Assembly: GCA_002189035.1 (NCBI GenBank)
Contig: NEEC01000067.1
Span: 1-35,010 of the forward strand
Direction of reading: 5' to 3'
From: Utricularia gibba
Lineage: Eukaryota; Plantae; Magnoliophyta
DNA length: 35,010 nucleotides
The notes beneath the pieces were generated by a model that saw only the letters and a program-made list of their open reading frames with translations, did not search any database and was not told the DNA's origin. Positions 8,201 to 23,200 of the stretch are shown one piece after another (the first letter of the stretch is position 1; every line of letters begins with the position of its first letter). The translations under genes and the position numbers were made by a program.

Positions 8201-11200
8201 GTGGAAAAAAAGAAAAACAACCATAAAATACAATAAGCCAAAAATAAAAAATAAAATTGATAAACCCTTGGTTCGGTTCGGGCCCAATCAAAACCCGTAG
8301 GGTTTAACCCGTTCGGGTTGAACAGAAAGACAACCCCATGGGTCATGCAAACTGTAATACCCAGAATTTCATCGGGTTGGGTCCGAACCTGAATGGATCC
8401 AACCCAGGCCCATCTCTAATCATAATCATATGATATAGGTTTATTAAATTATAAATAATTGAAATACATTATTTATTAAACCGTAGGATAACTGTGAAAG
8501 CTTCTTTGACTTAATTATTACCATTTGATCCTCAGTTGTACTTTGGATGGAGTGTGTATTTTTACTTTAGTCAATTTAATTAGCATTCGATCCTTGGTTA
8601 TGATTCAGATCATATTTGCTATTTTTTTACTTTAAATATTTTTATTATCATTCGATCCTTAAGTATAATGCGGATCGAGCGCGTATTTTTTATTTTAATA
8701 TTTTTTATTAGCATTCGAACGTTAGGTATGCTGCGGATCGAGCGTATATTTTTCACTCTCATATTTTTATTAGCCTTAGATCCTTAGGTATACTTTGGAT
8801 CGAGTGCATATTCATTTATTTTAAATCTTAATTAGCGTTCCACCGTTAGGAGCAATTTAGAACGTGTATACATTACAATGCCATGCCACACGGGCGTGGT
8901 TTACGCACAACCCACGCCCGTGTGCCCTTGCAATGTAAACACGCTCCACATTGCTCCTAAGGATCGAGCGTTAACACAAGTTTCAAGTAAACCATCTCCA
9001 CTCGATCCGAATCATGTCTAAAGACCGAAAGCCAATAAAAATATTAAAATAAAAAATATACGCTCGATCCGCATCATATCTTAGAATCGAATGCAAATAG
9101 AATCGTTCAAATAAAAAATATACACTCGATTGGAATCTTAACCAAGGATCGAATGCTAATTAAAATGATTAAAATAAAAATGCACACTCCATCCAAAGTA
9201 TAACTAAGGGTCGAATGCTAATAAAATTAAAAACTAAGAAACTTTCACATGTAGTATATGCTTTAATAACTAACGTATTTACATTATTTATATTTTAATA
9301 AACATATATCACATGATTATAAAAATATTTTTTTTGTCATTGTAGAAAGCTCATCACGCCACGCACACCACCCTGGAGAGGTTTCAACAGCTGTTATGAA
9401 CTCACAACCCCTTGCTCAGCAGATTCAGTAAAATTCTCTAACACTTGGGCTTCCAACGGATCATATCCCATATTCATTCATACGAAATTGTGCAAGAATA
9501 ATGTGACTTTGAGTTTGAACTAGATAGTAGGACGCTGATCGAAGAATGGCCCATCGAGTCTCTAAAATTGGCCGTCCTCGCTCAACAAATGTGGGGTGCA
9601 CGTGACATCCCAATTTCAACAAATGCATCATGATTTTCGTCGAGTGGGCCCATGAGCCCGTCCGAACCCGGGGCCCGGGCCAAGGGCCCCTCGAGAGCGC
9701 CCGCCTCAATACGAGGAGGTGTTCCTTCAAAAACCATATACGCGTCTCGTCACAACCCAACGTTAATAAATGCATCACTTTTTTTGGCGCGCTACTGCTG
9801 ACTTTGGGCCTGAGTTCGGCACGACCTCCGGCTCGATCAGGGTGCCCCCCGAGAGCTCCTCCTTAAGTATAAAGTGTGTTGTTGAAAAAAACGTGTGCGG
9901 TTCTCGTGACATCCTAACTTCAACAAATGCATCACGATTTTCGTCGAGTCGGACGGGACCGGGCTCCCGGGGCCCGGACGAGGCGCAGCGCCCGCTCCCC
10001 TCCCCCCCAAAACTAGAAGGTGTTCCATGGAAAACCATTTAGGCGGCTCGTGACAACCCAAAGTTAATAAATGCATCACTTTCTTTGCCGGGCTACAATG
10101 ACTTTACGCTCGAGCCTGGTACGACGTATGGGAAGATTCGAGTGCCCCCCGAGAGCGTCTCCACAAGTATAAAGCGTGTTGTTGAAAAAACCGTGTTGGG
10201 TGCACGTGACATCCTAATTTCAACAAATGTGTCACGATTTTCGCCGAGTGGGACCAGAGTGGGCTCATCAGCCAGACCGAACCCGGGGCCCAAGCCAAGG
10301 GCCCCTCGAGAGCGCCCCCCCACAAAACTAGATGGTGTTCCACGAAAAAAAATTAGGCGGCTCGTGATAACCCAACGCTAAGAAATGCATCCCTTTTTTC
10401 GCCGGGCTAAAACTGACTTTGGGCTCATGCCCGGCGCGACCCCCAGCCCGTGTGCATACGCAGCAGCACCACGAGGCCACATGGGCTTGGTTAATGCCCG
10501 CGTGCTCGAGCAGCAGCCACAAGGCCATACGGCCGTGGAAAAAAAGAAAAACAACCATAAAATACAATAAGCCAAAAATAAAAAATAAAATTGATAAACC
10601 CTTGGTTCGGTTCGGGCCCAATCAAAACCCGTAGGGTTTAACCCGTTCGGGTTGAACAGAAAGACAACCCCATGGGTCATGCAAACTGTAATACCCAGAA
10701 TTTCATCGGGTTGGGTCCGAACCTGAATGGATCCAACCCAGGCCCATCTCTAATCATAATCATATGATATAGGTTTATTAAATTATAAATAATTGAAATA
10801 CATTATTTATTAAACCGTAGGATAACTGTGAAAGCTTCTTTGACTTAATTATTACCATTTGATCCTCAGTTGTACTTTGGATGGAGTGTGTATTTTTACT
10901 TTAGTCAATTTAATTAGCATTCGATCCTTGGTTATGATTCAGATCATATTTGCTATTTTTTTACTTTAAATATTTTTATTATCATTCGATCCTTAAGTAT
11001 AATGCGGATCGAGCGCGTATTTTTTATTTTAATATTTTTTATTAGCATTCGAACGTTAGGTATGCTGCGGATCGAGCGTATATTTTTCACTCTCATATTT
11101 TTATTAGCCTTAGATCCTTAGGTATACTTTGGATCGAGTGCATATTCATTTATTTTAAATCTTAATTAGCGTTCCACCGTTAGGAGCAATTTAGAACGTG

Positions 11201-14200
11201 TATACATTACAATGCCATGCCACACGGGCGTGGTTTACGCACAACCCACGCCCGTGTGCCCTTGCAATGTAAACACGCTCCACATTGCTCCTAAGGATCG
11301 AGCGTTAACACAAGTTTCAAGTAAACCATCTCCACTCGATCCGAATCATGTCTAAAGACCGAAAGCCAATAAAAATATTAAAATAAAAAATATACGCTCG
11401 ATCCGCATCATATCTTAGAATCGAATGCAAATAGAATCGTTCAAATAAAAAATATACACTCGATTGGAATCTTAACCAAGGATCGAATGCTAATTAAAAT
11501 GATTAAAATAAAAATGCACACTCCATCCAAAGTATAACTAAGGGTCGAATGCTAATAAAATTAAAAACTAAGAAACTTTCACATGTAGTATATGCTTTAA
11601 TAACTAACGTATTTACATTATTTATATTTTAATAAACATATATCACATGATTATAAAAATATTTTTTTTGTCATTGTAGAAAGCTCATCACGCCACGCAC
11701 ACCACCCTGGAGAGGTTTCAACAGCTGTTATGAACTCACAACCCCTTGCTCAGCAGATTCAGTAAAATTCTCTAACACTTGGGCTTCCAACGGATCATAT
11801 CCCATATTCATTCATACGAAATTGTGCAAGAATAATGTGACTTTGAGTTTGAACTAGATAGTAGGACGCTGATCGAAGAATGGCCCATCGAGTCTCTAAA
11901 ATTGGCCGTCCTCGCTCAACAAATGTGGGGTGCACGTGACATCCCAATTTCAACAAATGCATCATGATTTTCGTCGAGTGGGCCCATGAGCCCGTCCGAA
12001 CCCGGGGCCCGGGCCAAGGGCCCCTCGAGAGCGCCCGCCTCAATACGAGGAGGTGTTCCTTCAAAAACCATATACGCGTCTCGTCACAACCCAACGTTAA
12101 TAAATGCATCACTTTTTTTGGCGCGCTACTGCTGACTTTGGGCCTGAGTTCGGCACGACCTCCGGCCGATCAGGGTGCCCCCCCGAGAGCTCCTCCTTAA
12201 GTATAAAGTGTGTTGTTGAAAAAAACCGTGTGCGGTTCTCGTGACATCCTAACTTCAACAAATGCATCACGATTTTCGTCGAGTCGGACGGGACCGGGCT
12301 CCCGGGGCCCGGACGAGGCGCAGCGCCCGCTCCCCTCCCCCCCAAAACTAGAAGGTGTTCCATGGAAAACCATTTAGGCGGCTCGTGACAACCCAAAGTT
12401 AATAAATGCATCACTTTCTTTGCCGGGCTACAATGACTTTACGCTCGAGCCTGGTACGACGTATGGGAAGATTCGAGTGCCCCCCGAGAGCGTCTCCACA
12501 AGTATAAAGCGTGTTGTTGAAAAAACCGTGTTGGGTGCACGTGACATCCTAATTTCAACAAATGTGTCACGATTTTCGCCGAGTGGGACCAGAGTGGGCT
12601 CATCAGCCAGACCGAACCCGGGGCCCAAGCCAAGGGCCCCTCGAGAGCGCCCCCCCACAAAACTAGATGGTGTTCCACGAAAAAAAATTAGGCGGCTCGT
12701 GATAACCCAACGCTAAGAAATGCATCCCTTTTTTCGCCGGGCTAAAACTGACTTTGGGCTCATGCCCGGCGCGACCCCCAGCCCGTGTGCATACGCAGCA
12801 GCACCACGAGGCCACATGGGCTTGGTTAATGCCCGCGTGCTCGAGCAGCAGCCACAAGGCCATACGGCCGTGGAAAAAAAGAAAAACAACCATAAAATAC
12901 AATAAGCCAAAAATAAAAAATAAAATTGATAAACCCTTGGTTCGGTTCGGGCCCAATCAAAACCCGTAGGGTTTAACCCGTTCGGGTTGAACAGAAAGAC
13001 AACCCCATGGGTCATGCAAACTGTAATACCCAGAATTTCATCGGGTTGGGTCCGAACCTGAATGGATCCAACCCAGGCCCATCTCTAATCATAATCATAT
13101 GATATAGGTTTATTAAATTATAAATAATTGAAATACATTATTTATTAAACCGTAGGATAACTGTGAAAGCTTCTTTGACTTAATTATTACCATTTGATCC
13201 TCAGTTGTACTTTGGATGGAGTGTGTATTTTTACTTTAGTCAATTTAATTAGCATTCGATCCTTGGTTATGATTCAGATCATATTTGCTATTTTTTTACT
13301 TTAAATATTTTTATTATCATTCGATCCTTAAGTATAATGCGGATCGAGCGCGTATTTTTTATTTTAATATTTTTTATTAGCATTCGAACGTTAGGTATGC
13401 TGCGGATCGAGCGTATATTTTTCACTCTCATATTTTTATTAGCCTTAGATCCTTAGGTATACTTTGGATCGAGTGCATATTCATTTATTTTAAATCTTAA
13501 TTAGCGTTCCACCGTTAGGAGCAATTTAGAACGTGTATACATTACAATGCCATGCCACACGGGCGTGGTTTACGCACAACCCACGCCCGTGTGCCCTTGC
13601 AATGTAAACACGCTCCACATTGCTCCTAAGGATCGAGCGTTAACACAAGTTTCAAGTAAACCATCTCCACTCGATCCGAATCATGTCTAAAGACCGAAAG
13701 CCAATAAAAATATTAAAATAAAAAATATACGCTCGATCCGCATCATATCTTAGAATCGAATGCAAATAGAATCGTTCAAATAAAAAATATACACTCGATT
13801 GGAATCTTAACCAAGGATCGAATGCTAATTAAAATGATTAAAATAAAAATGCACACTCCATCCAAAGTATAACTAAGGGTCGAATGCTAATAAAATTAAA
13901 AACTAAGAAACTTTCACATGTAGTATATGCTTTAATAACTAACGTATTTACATTATTTATATTTTAATAAACATATATCACATGATTATAAAAATATTTT
14001 TTTTGTCATTGTAGAAAGCTCATCACGCCACGCACACCACCCTGGAGAGGTTTCAACAGCTGTTATGAACTCACAACCCCTTGCTCAGCAGATTCAGTAA
14101 AATTCTCTAACACTTGGGCTTCCAACGGATCATATCCCATATTCATTCATACGAAATTGTGCAAGAATAATGTGACTTTGAGTTTGAACTAGATAGTAGG

Positions 14201-17200
14201 ACGCTGATCGAAGAATGGCCCATCGAGTCTCTAAAATTGGCCGTCCTCGCTCAACAAATGTGGGGTGCACGTGACATCCCAATTTCAACAAATGCATCAT
14301 GATTTTCGTCGAGTGGGCCCATGAGCCCGTCCGAACCCGGGGCCCGGGCCAAGGGCCCCTCGAGAGCGCCCGCCTCAATACGAGGAGGTGTTCCTTCAAA
14401 AACCATATACGCGTCTCGTCACAACCCAACGTTAATAAATGCATCACTTTTTTTGGCGCGCTACTGCTGACTTTGGGCCTGAGTTCGGCACGACCTCCGG
14501 CCCGATCAGGGTGCCCCCCGAGAGCTCCTCCTTAAGTATAAAGTGTGTTGTTGAAAAAAACCGGTGTGCGGTTCTCGTGACATCCTAACTTCAACAAATG
14601 CATCACGATTTTCGTCGAGTCGGACGGGACCGGGCTCCCGGGGCCCGGACGAGGCGCAGCGCCCGCTCCCCTCCCCCCAAAACTAGAAGGTGTTCCATGG
14701 AAAACCATTTAGGCGGCTCGTGACAACCCAAAGTTAATAAATGCATCACTTTCTTTGCCGGGCTACAATGACTTTACGCTCGAGCCTGGTACGACGTATG
14801 GGAAGATTCGAGTGCCCCCCGAGAGCGTCTCCACAAGTATAAAGCGTGTTGTTGAAAAAACCGTGTTGGGTGCACGTGACATCCTAATTTCAACAAATGT
14901 GTCACGATTTTCGCCGAGTGGGACCAGAGTGGGCTCATCAGCCAGACCGAACCCGGGGCCCAAGCCAAGGGCCCCTCGAGAGCGCCCCCCACAAAACTAG
15001 ATGGTGTTCCACGAAAAAAAATTAGGCGGCTCGTGATAACCCAACGCTAAGAAATGCATCCCTTTTTTCGCCGGGCTAAAACTGACTTTGGGCTCATGCC
15101 CGGCGCGACCCCCAGCCCGTGTGCATACGCAGCAGCACCACGAGGCCACATGGGCTTGGTTAATGCCCGCGTGCTCGAGCAGCAGCCACAAGGCCATACG
15201 GCCGTGGAAAAAAAGAAAAACAACCATAAAATACAATAAGCCAAAAATAAAAAATAAAATTGATAAACCCTTGGTTCGGTTCGGGCCCAATCAAAACCCG
15301 TAGGGTTTAACCCGTTCGGGTTGAACAGAAAGACAACCCCATGGGTCATGCAAACTGTAATACCCAGAATTTCATCGGGTTGGGTCCGAACCTGAATGGA
15401 TCCAACCCAGGCCCATCTCTAATCATAATCATATGATATAGGTTTATTAAATTATAAATAATTGAAATACATTATTTATTAAACCGTAGGATAACTGTGA
15501 AAGCTTCTTTGACTTAATTATTACCATTTGATCCTCAGTTGTACTTTGGATGGAGTGTGTATTTTTACTTTAGTCAATTTAATTAGCATTCGATCCTTGG
15601 TTATGATTCAGATCATATTTGCTATTTTTTTACTTTAAATATTTTTATTATCATTCGATCCTTAAGTATAATGCGGATCGAGCGCGTATTTTTTATTTTA
15701 ATATTTTTTATTAGCATTCGAACGTTAGGTATGCTGCGGATCGAGCGTATATTTTTCACTCTCATATTTTTATTAGCCTTAGATCCTTAGGTATACTTTG
15801 GATCGAGTGCATATTCATTTATTTTAAATCTTAATTAGCGTTCCACCGTTAGGAGCAATTTAGAACGTGTATACATTACAATGCCATGCCACACGGGCGT
15901 GGTTTACGCACAACCCACGCCCGTGTGCCCTTGCAATGTAAACACGCTCCACATTGCTCCTAAGGATCGAGCGTTAACACAAGTTTCAAGTAAACCATCT
16001 CCACTCGATCCGAATCATGTCTAAAGACCGAAAGCCAATAAAAATATTAAAATAAAAAATATACGCTCGATCCGCATCATATCTTAGAATCGAATGCAAA
16101 TAGAATCGTTCAAATAAAAAATATACACTCGATTGGAATCTTAACCAAGGATCGAATGCTAATTAAAATGATTAAAATAAAAATGCACACTCCATCCAAA
16201 GTATAACTAAGGGTCGAATGCTAATAAAATTAAAAACTAAGAAACTTTCACATGTAGTATATGCTTTAATAACTAACGTATTTACATTATTTATATTTTA
16301 ATAAACATATATCACATGATTATAAAAATATTTTTTTTGTCATTGTAGAAAGCTCATCACGCCACGCACACCACCCTGGAGAGGTTTCAACAGCTGTTAT
16401 GAACTCACAACCCCTTGCTCAGCAGATTCAGTAAAATTCTCTAACACTTGGGCTTCCAACGGATCATATCCCATATTCATTCATACGAAATTGTGCAAGA
16501 ATAATGTGACTTTGAGTTTGAACTAGATAGTAGGACGCTGATCGAAGAATGGCCCATCGAGTCTCTAAAATTGGCCGTCCTCGCTCAACAAATGTGGGGT
16601 GCACGTGACATCCCAATTTCAACAAATGCATCATGATTTTCGTCGAGTGGGCCCATGAGCCCGTCCGAACCCGGGGCCCGGGCCAAGGGCCCCTCGAGAG
16701 CGCCCGCCTCAATACGAGGAGGTGTTCCTTCAAAAACCATATACGCGTCTCGTCACAACCCAACGTTAATAAATGCATCACTTTTTTTGGCGCGCTACTG
16801 CTGACTTTGGGCCTGAGTTCGGCACGACCTCCGGCTCGATCAGGGTGCCCCCGAGAGCTCCTCCTTAAGTATAAAGTGTGTTGTTGAAAAAAACCGTGTG
16901 CGGTTCTCGTGACATCCTAACTTCAACAAATGCATCACGATTTTCGTCGAGTCGGACGGGACCGGGCTCCCGGGGCCCGGACGAGGCGCAGCGCCCGCTC
17001 CCTCCCCCCAAAACTAGAAGGTGTTCCATGGAAAACCATTTAGGCGGCTCGTGACAACCCAAAGTTAATAAATGCATCACTTTCTTTGCCGGGCTACAAT
17101 GACTTTACGCTCGAGCCTGGTACGACGTATGGGAAGATTCGAGTGCCCCCCGAGAGCGTCTCCACAAGTATAAAGCGTGTTGTTGAAAAAACCGTGTTGG

Positions 17201-20200
17201 GTGCACGTGACATCCTAATTTCAACAAATGTGTCACGATTTTCGCCGAGTGGGACCAGAGTGGGCTCATCAGCCAGACCGAACCCGGGGCCCAAGCCAAG
17301 GGCCCCTCGAGAGCGCCCCCCACAAAACTAGATGGTGTTCCACGAAAAAAAATTAGGCGGCTCGTGATAACCCAACGCTAAGAAATGCATCCCTTTTTTC
17401 GCCGGGCTAAAACTGACTTTGGGCTCATGCCCGGCGCGACCCCCAGCCCGTGTGCATACGCAGCAGCACCACGAGGCCACATGGGCTTGGTTAATGCCCG
17501 CGTGCTCGAGCAGCAGCCACAAGGCCATACGGCCGTGGAAAAAAAAAAACAACCATAAAATACAATAAGCCAAAAATAAAAAATAAAATTGATAAACCCT
17601 TGGTTCGGTTCGGGCCCAATCAAAACCCGTAGGGTTTAACCCGTTCGGGTTGAACAGAAAGACAACCCCATGGGTCATGCAAACTGTAATACCCAGAATT
17701 TCATCGGGTTGGGTCCGAACCTGAATGGATCCAACCCAGGCCCATCTCTAATCATAATCATATGATATAGGTTTATTAAATTATAAATAATTGAAATACA
17801 TTATTTATTAAACCGTAGGATAACTGTGAAAGCTTCTTTGACTTAATTATTACCATTTGATCCTCAGTTGTACTTTGGATGGAGTGTGTATTTTTACTTT
17901 AGTCAATTTAATTAGCATTCGATCCTTGGTTATGATTCAGATCATATTTGCTATTTTTTTACTTTAAATATTTTTATTATCATTCGATCCTTAAGTATAA
18001 TGCGGATCGAGCGCGTATTTTTTATTTTAATATTTTTTATTAGCATTCGAACGTTAGGTATGCTGCGGATCGAGCGTATATTTTTCACTCTCATATTTTT
18101 ATTAGCCTTAGATCCTTAGGTATACTTTGGATCGAGTGCATATTCATTTATTTTAAATCTTAATTAGCGTTCCACCGTTAGGAGCAATTTAGAACGTGTA
18201 TACATTACAATGCCATGCCACACGGGCGTGGTTTACGCACAACCCACGCCCGTGTGCCCTTGCAATGTAAACACGCTCCACATTGCTCCTAAGGATCGAG
18301 CGTTAACACAAGTTTCAAGTAAACCATCTCCACTCGATCCGAATCATGTCTAAAGACCGAAAGCCAATAAAAATATTAAAATAAAAAATATACGCTCGAT
18401 CCGCATCATATCTTAGAATCGAATGCAAATAGAATCGTTCAAATAAAAAATATACACTCGATTGGAATCTTAACCAAGGATCGAATGCTAATTAAAATGA
18501 TTAAAATAAAAATGCACACTCCATCCAAAGTATAACTAAGGGTCGAATGCTAATAAAATTAAAAACTAAGAAACTTTCACATGTAGTATATGCTTTAATA
18601 ACTAACGTATTTACATTATTTATATTTTAATAAACATATATCACATGATTATAAAAATATTTTTTTTGTCATTGTAGAAAGCTCATCACGCCACGCACAC
18701 CACCCTGGAGAGGTTTCAACAGCTGTTATGAACTCACAACCCCTTGCTCAGCAGATTCAGTAAAATTCTCTAACACTTGGGCTTCCAACGGATCATATCC
18801 CATATTCATTCATACGAAATTGTGCAAGAATAATGTGACTTTGAGTTTGAACTAGATAGTAGGACGCTGATCGAAGAATGGCCCATCGAGTCTCTAAAAT
18901 TGGCCGTCCTCGCTCAACAAATGTGGGGTGCACGTGACATCCCAATTTCAACAAATGCATCATGATTTTCGTCGAGTGGGCCCATGAGCCCGTCCGAACC
19001 CGGGGCCCGGGCCAAGGGCCCCTCGAGAGCGCCCGCCTCAATACGAGGAGGTGTTCCTTCAAAAACCATATACGCGTCTCGTCACAACCCAACGTTAATA
19101 AATGCATCACTTTTTTTGGCGCGCTACTGCTGACTTTGGGCCTGAGTTCGGCACGACCTCCGGCTCGATCAGGGTGCCCCCCGAGAGCTCCTCCTTAAGT
19201 ATAAAGTGTGTTGTTGAAAAAAACCGTGTGCGGTTCTCGTGACATCCTAACTTCAACAAATGCATCACGATTTTCGTCGAGTCGGACGGGACCGGGCTCC
19301 CGGGGCCCGGACGAGGCGCAGCGCCCGCTCCCCTCCCCCCAAAACTAGAAGGTGTTCCATGGAAAACCATTTAGGCGGCTCGTGACAACCCAAAGTTAAT
19401 AAATGCATCACTTTCTTTGCCGGGCTACAATGACTTTACGCTCGAGCCTGGTACGACGTATGGGAAGATTCGAGTGCCCCCCGAGAGCGTCTCCACAAGT
19501 ATAAAGCGTGTTGTTGAAAAAACCGTGTTGGGTGCACGTGACATCCTAATTTCAACAAATGTGTCACGATTTTCGCCGAGTGGGACCAGAGTGGGCTCAT
19601 CAGCCAGACCGAACCCGGGGCCCAAGCCAAGGGCCCCTCGAGAGCGCCCCCCCACAAAACTAGATGGTGTTCCACGAAAAAAAATTAGGCGGCTCGTGAT
19701 AACCCAACGCTAAGAAATGCATCCCTTTTTTCGCCGGGCTAAAACTGACTTTGGGCTCATGCCCGGCGCGACCCCCAGCCCGTGTGCATACGCAGCAGCA
19801 CCACGAGGCCACATGGGCTTGGTTAATGCCCGCGTGCTCGAGCAGCAGCCACAAGGCCATACGGCCGTGGAAAAAAAGAAAAACAACCATAAAATACAAT
19901 AAGCCAAAAATAAAAAATAAAATTGATAAACCCTTGGTTCGGTTCGGGCCCAATCAAAACCCGTAGGGTTTAACCCGTTCGGGTTGAACAGAAAGACAAC
20001 CCCATGGGTCATGCAAACTGTAATACCCAGAATTTCATCGGGTTGGGTCCGAACCTGAATGGATCCAACCCAGGCCCATCTCTAATCATAATCATATGAT
20101 ATAGGTTTATTAAATTATAAATAATTGAAATACATTATTTATTAAACCGTAGGATAACTGTGAAAGCTTCTTTGACTTAATTATTACCATTTGATCCTCA

Positions 20201-23200
20201 GTTGTACTTTGGATGGAGTGTGTATTTTTACTTTAGTCAATTTAATTAGCATTCGATCCTTGGTTATGATTCAGATCATATTTGCTATTTTTTTACTTTA
20301 AATATTTTTATTATCATTCGATCCTTAAGTATAATGCGGATCGAGCGCGTATTTTTTATTTTAATATTTTTTATTAGCATTCGAACGTTAGGTATGCTGC
20401 GGATCGAGCGTATATTTTTCACTCTCATATTTTTATTAGCCTTAGATCCTTAGGTATACTTTGGATCGAGTGCATATTCATTTATTTTAAATCTTAATTA
20501 GCGTTCCACCGTTAGGAGCAATTTAGAACGTGTATACATTACAATGCCATGCCACACGGGCGTGGTTTACGCACAACCCACGCCCGTGTGCCCTTGCAAT
20601 GTAAACACGCTCCACATTGCTCCTAAGGATCGAGCGTTAACACAAGTTTCAAGTAAACCATCTCCACTCGATCCGAATCATGTCTAAAGACCGAAAGCCA
20701 ATAAAAATATTAAAATAAAAAATATACGCTCGATCCGCATCATATCTTAGAATCGAATGCAAATAGAATCGTTCAAATAAAAAATATACACTCGATTGGA
20801 ATCTTAACCAAGGATCGAATGCTAATTAAAATGATTAAAATAAAAATGCACACTCCATCCAAAGTATAACTAAGGGTCGAATGCTAATAAAATTAAAAAC
20901 TAAGAAACTTTCACATGTAGTATATGCTTTAATAACTAACGTATTTACATTATTTATATTTTAATAAACATATATCACATGATTATAAAAATATTTTTTT
21001 TGTCATTGTAGAAAGCTCATCACGCCACGCACACCACCCTGGAGAGGTTTCAACAGCTGTTATGAACTCACAACCCCTTGCTCAGCAGATTCAGTAAAAT
21101 TCTCTAACACTTGGGCTTCCAACGGATCATATCCCATATTCATTCATACGAAATTGTGCAAGAATAATGTGACTTTGAGTTTGAACTAGATAGTAGGACG
21201 CTGATCGAAGAATGGCCCATCGAGTCTCTAAAATTGGCCGTCCTCGCTCAACAAATGTGGGGTGCACGTGACATCCCAATTTCAACAAATGCATCATGAT
21301 TTTCGTCGAGTGGGCCCATGAGCCCGTCCGAACCCGGGGCCCGGGCCAAGGGCCCCTCGAGAGCGCCCGCCTCAATACGAGGAGGTGTTCCTTCAAAAAC
21401 CATATACGCGTCTCGTCACAACCCAACGTTAATAAATGCATCACTTTTTTTGGCGCGCTACTGCTGACTTTGGGCCTGAGTTCGGCACGACCTCCGGCTC
21501 GATCAGGGTGCCCCACCGAGAGCTCCTCCTTAAGTATAAAGTGTGTTGTTGAAAAAAACCGTGTGCGGTTCTCGTGACATCCTAACTTCAACAAATGCAT
21601 CACGATTTTCGTCGAGTCGGACGGGACCGGGCTCCCGGGGCCCGGACGAGGCGCAGCGCCCGCTCCCCCCCCCCAAAACTAGAAGGTGTTCCATGGAAAA
21701 CCATTTAGGCGGCTCGTGACAACCCAAAGTTAATAAATGCATCACTTTCTTTGCCGGGCTACAATGACTTTACGCTCGAGCCTGGTACGACGTATGGGAA
21801 GATTCGAGTGCCCCCCGAGAGCGTCTCCACAAGTATAAAGCGTGTTGTTGAAAAAACCGTGTTGGGTGCACGTGACATCCTAATTTCAACAAATGTGTCA
21901 CGATTTTCGCCGAGTGGGACCAGAGTGGGCTCATCAGCCAGACCGAACCCGGGGCCCAAGCCAAGGGCCCCTCGAGAGCGCCCCCCACAAAACTAGATGG
22001 TGTTCCACGAAAAAAAATTAGGCGGCTCGTGATAACCCAACGCTAAGAAATGCATCCCTTTTTTCGCCGGGCTAAAACTGACTTTGGGCTCATGCCCGGC
22101 GCGACCCCCAGCCCGTGTGCATACGCAGCAGCACCACGAGGCCACATGGGCTTGGTTAATGCCCGCGTGCTCGAGCAGCAGCCACAAGGCCATACGGCCG
22201 TGGAAAAAAAGAAAAACAACCATAAAATACAATAAGCCAAAAATAAAAAATAAAATTGATAAACCCTTGGTTCGGTTCGGGCCCAATCAAAACCCGTAGG
22301 GTTTAACCCGTTCGGGTTGAACAGAAAGACAACCCCATGGGTCATGCAAACTGTAATACCCAGAATTTCATCGGGTTGGGTCCGAACCTGAATGGATCCA
22401 ACCCAGGCCCATCTCTAATCATAATCATATGATATAGGTTTATTAAATTATAAATAATTGAAATACATTATTTATTAAACCGTAGGATAACTGTGAAAGC
22501 TTCTTTGACTTAATTATTACCATTTGATCCTCAGTTGTACTTTGGATGGAGTGTGTATTTTTACTTTAGTCAATTTAATTAGCATTCGATCCTTGGTTAT
22601 GATTCAGATCATATTTGCTATTTTTTTACTTTAAATATTTTTATTATCATTCGATCCTTAAGTATAATGCGGATCGAGCGCGTATTTTTTATTTTAATAT
22701 TTTTTATTAGCATTCGAACGTTAGGTATGCTGCGGATCGAGCGTATATTTTTCACTCTCATATTTTTATTAGCCTTAGATCCTTAGGTATACTTTGGATC
22801 GAGTGCATATTCATTTATTTTAAATCTTAATTAGCGTTCCACCGTTAGGAGCAATTTAGAACGTGTATACATTACAATGCCATGCCACACGGGCGTGGTT
22901 TACGCACAACCCACGCCCGTGTGCCCTTGCAATGTAAACACGCTCCACATTGCTCCTAAGGATCGAGCGTTAACACAAGTTTCAAGTAAACCATCTCCAC
23001 TCGATCCGAATCATGTCTAAAGACCGAAAGCCAATAAAAATATTAAAATAAAAAATATACGCTCGATCCGCATCATATCTTAGAATCGAATGCAAATAGA
23101 ATCGTTCAAATAAAAAATATACACTCGATTGGAATCTTAACCAAGGATCGAATGCTAATTAAAATGATTAAAATAAAAATGCACACTCCATCCAAAGTAT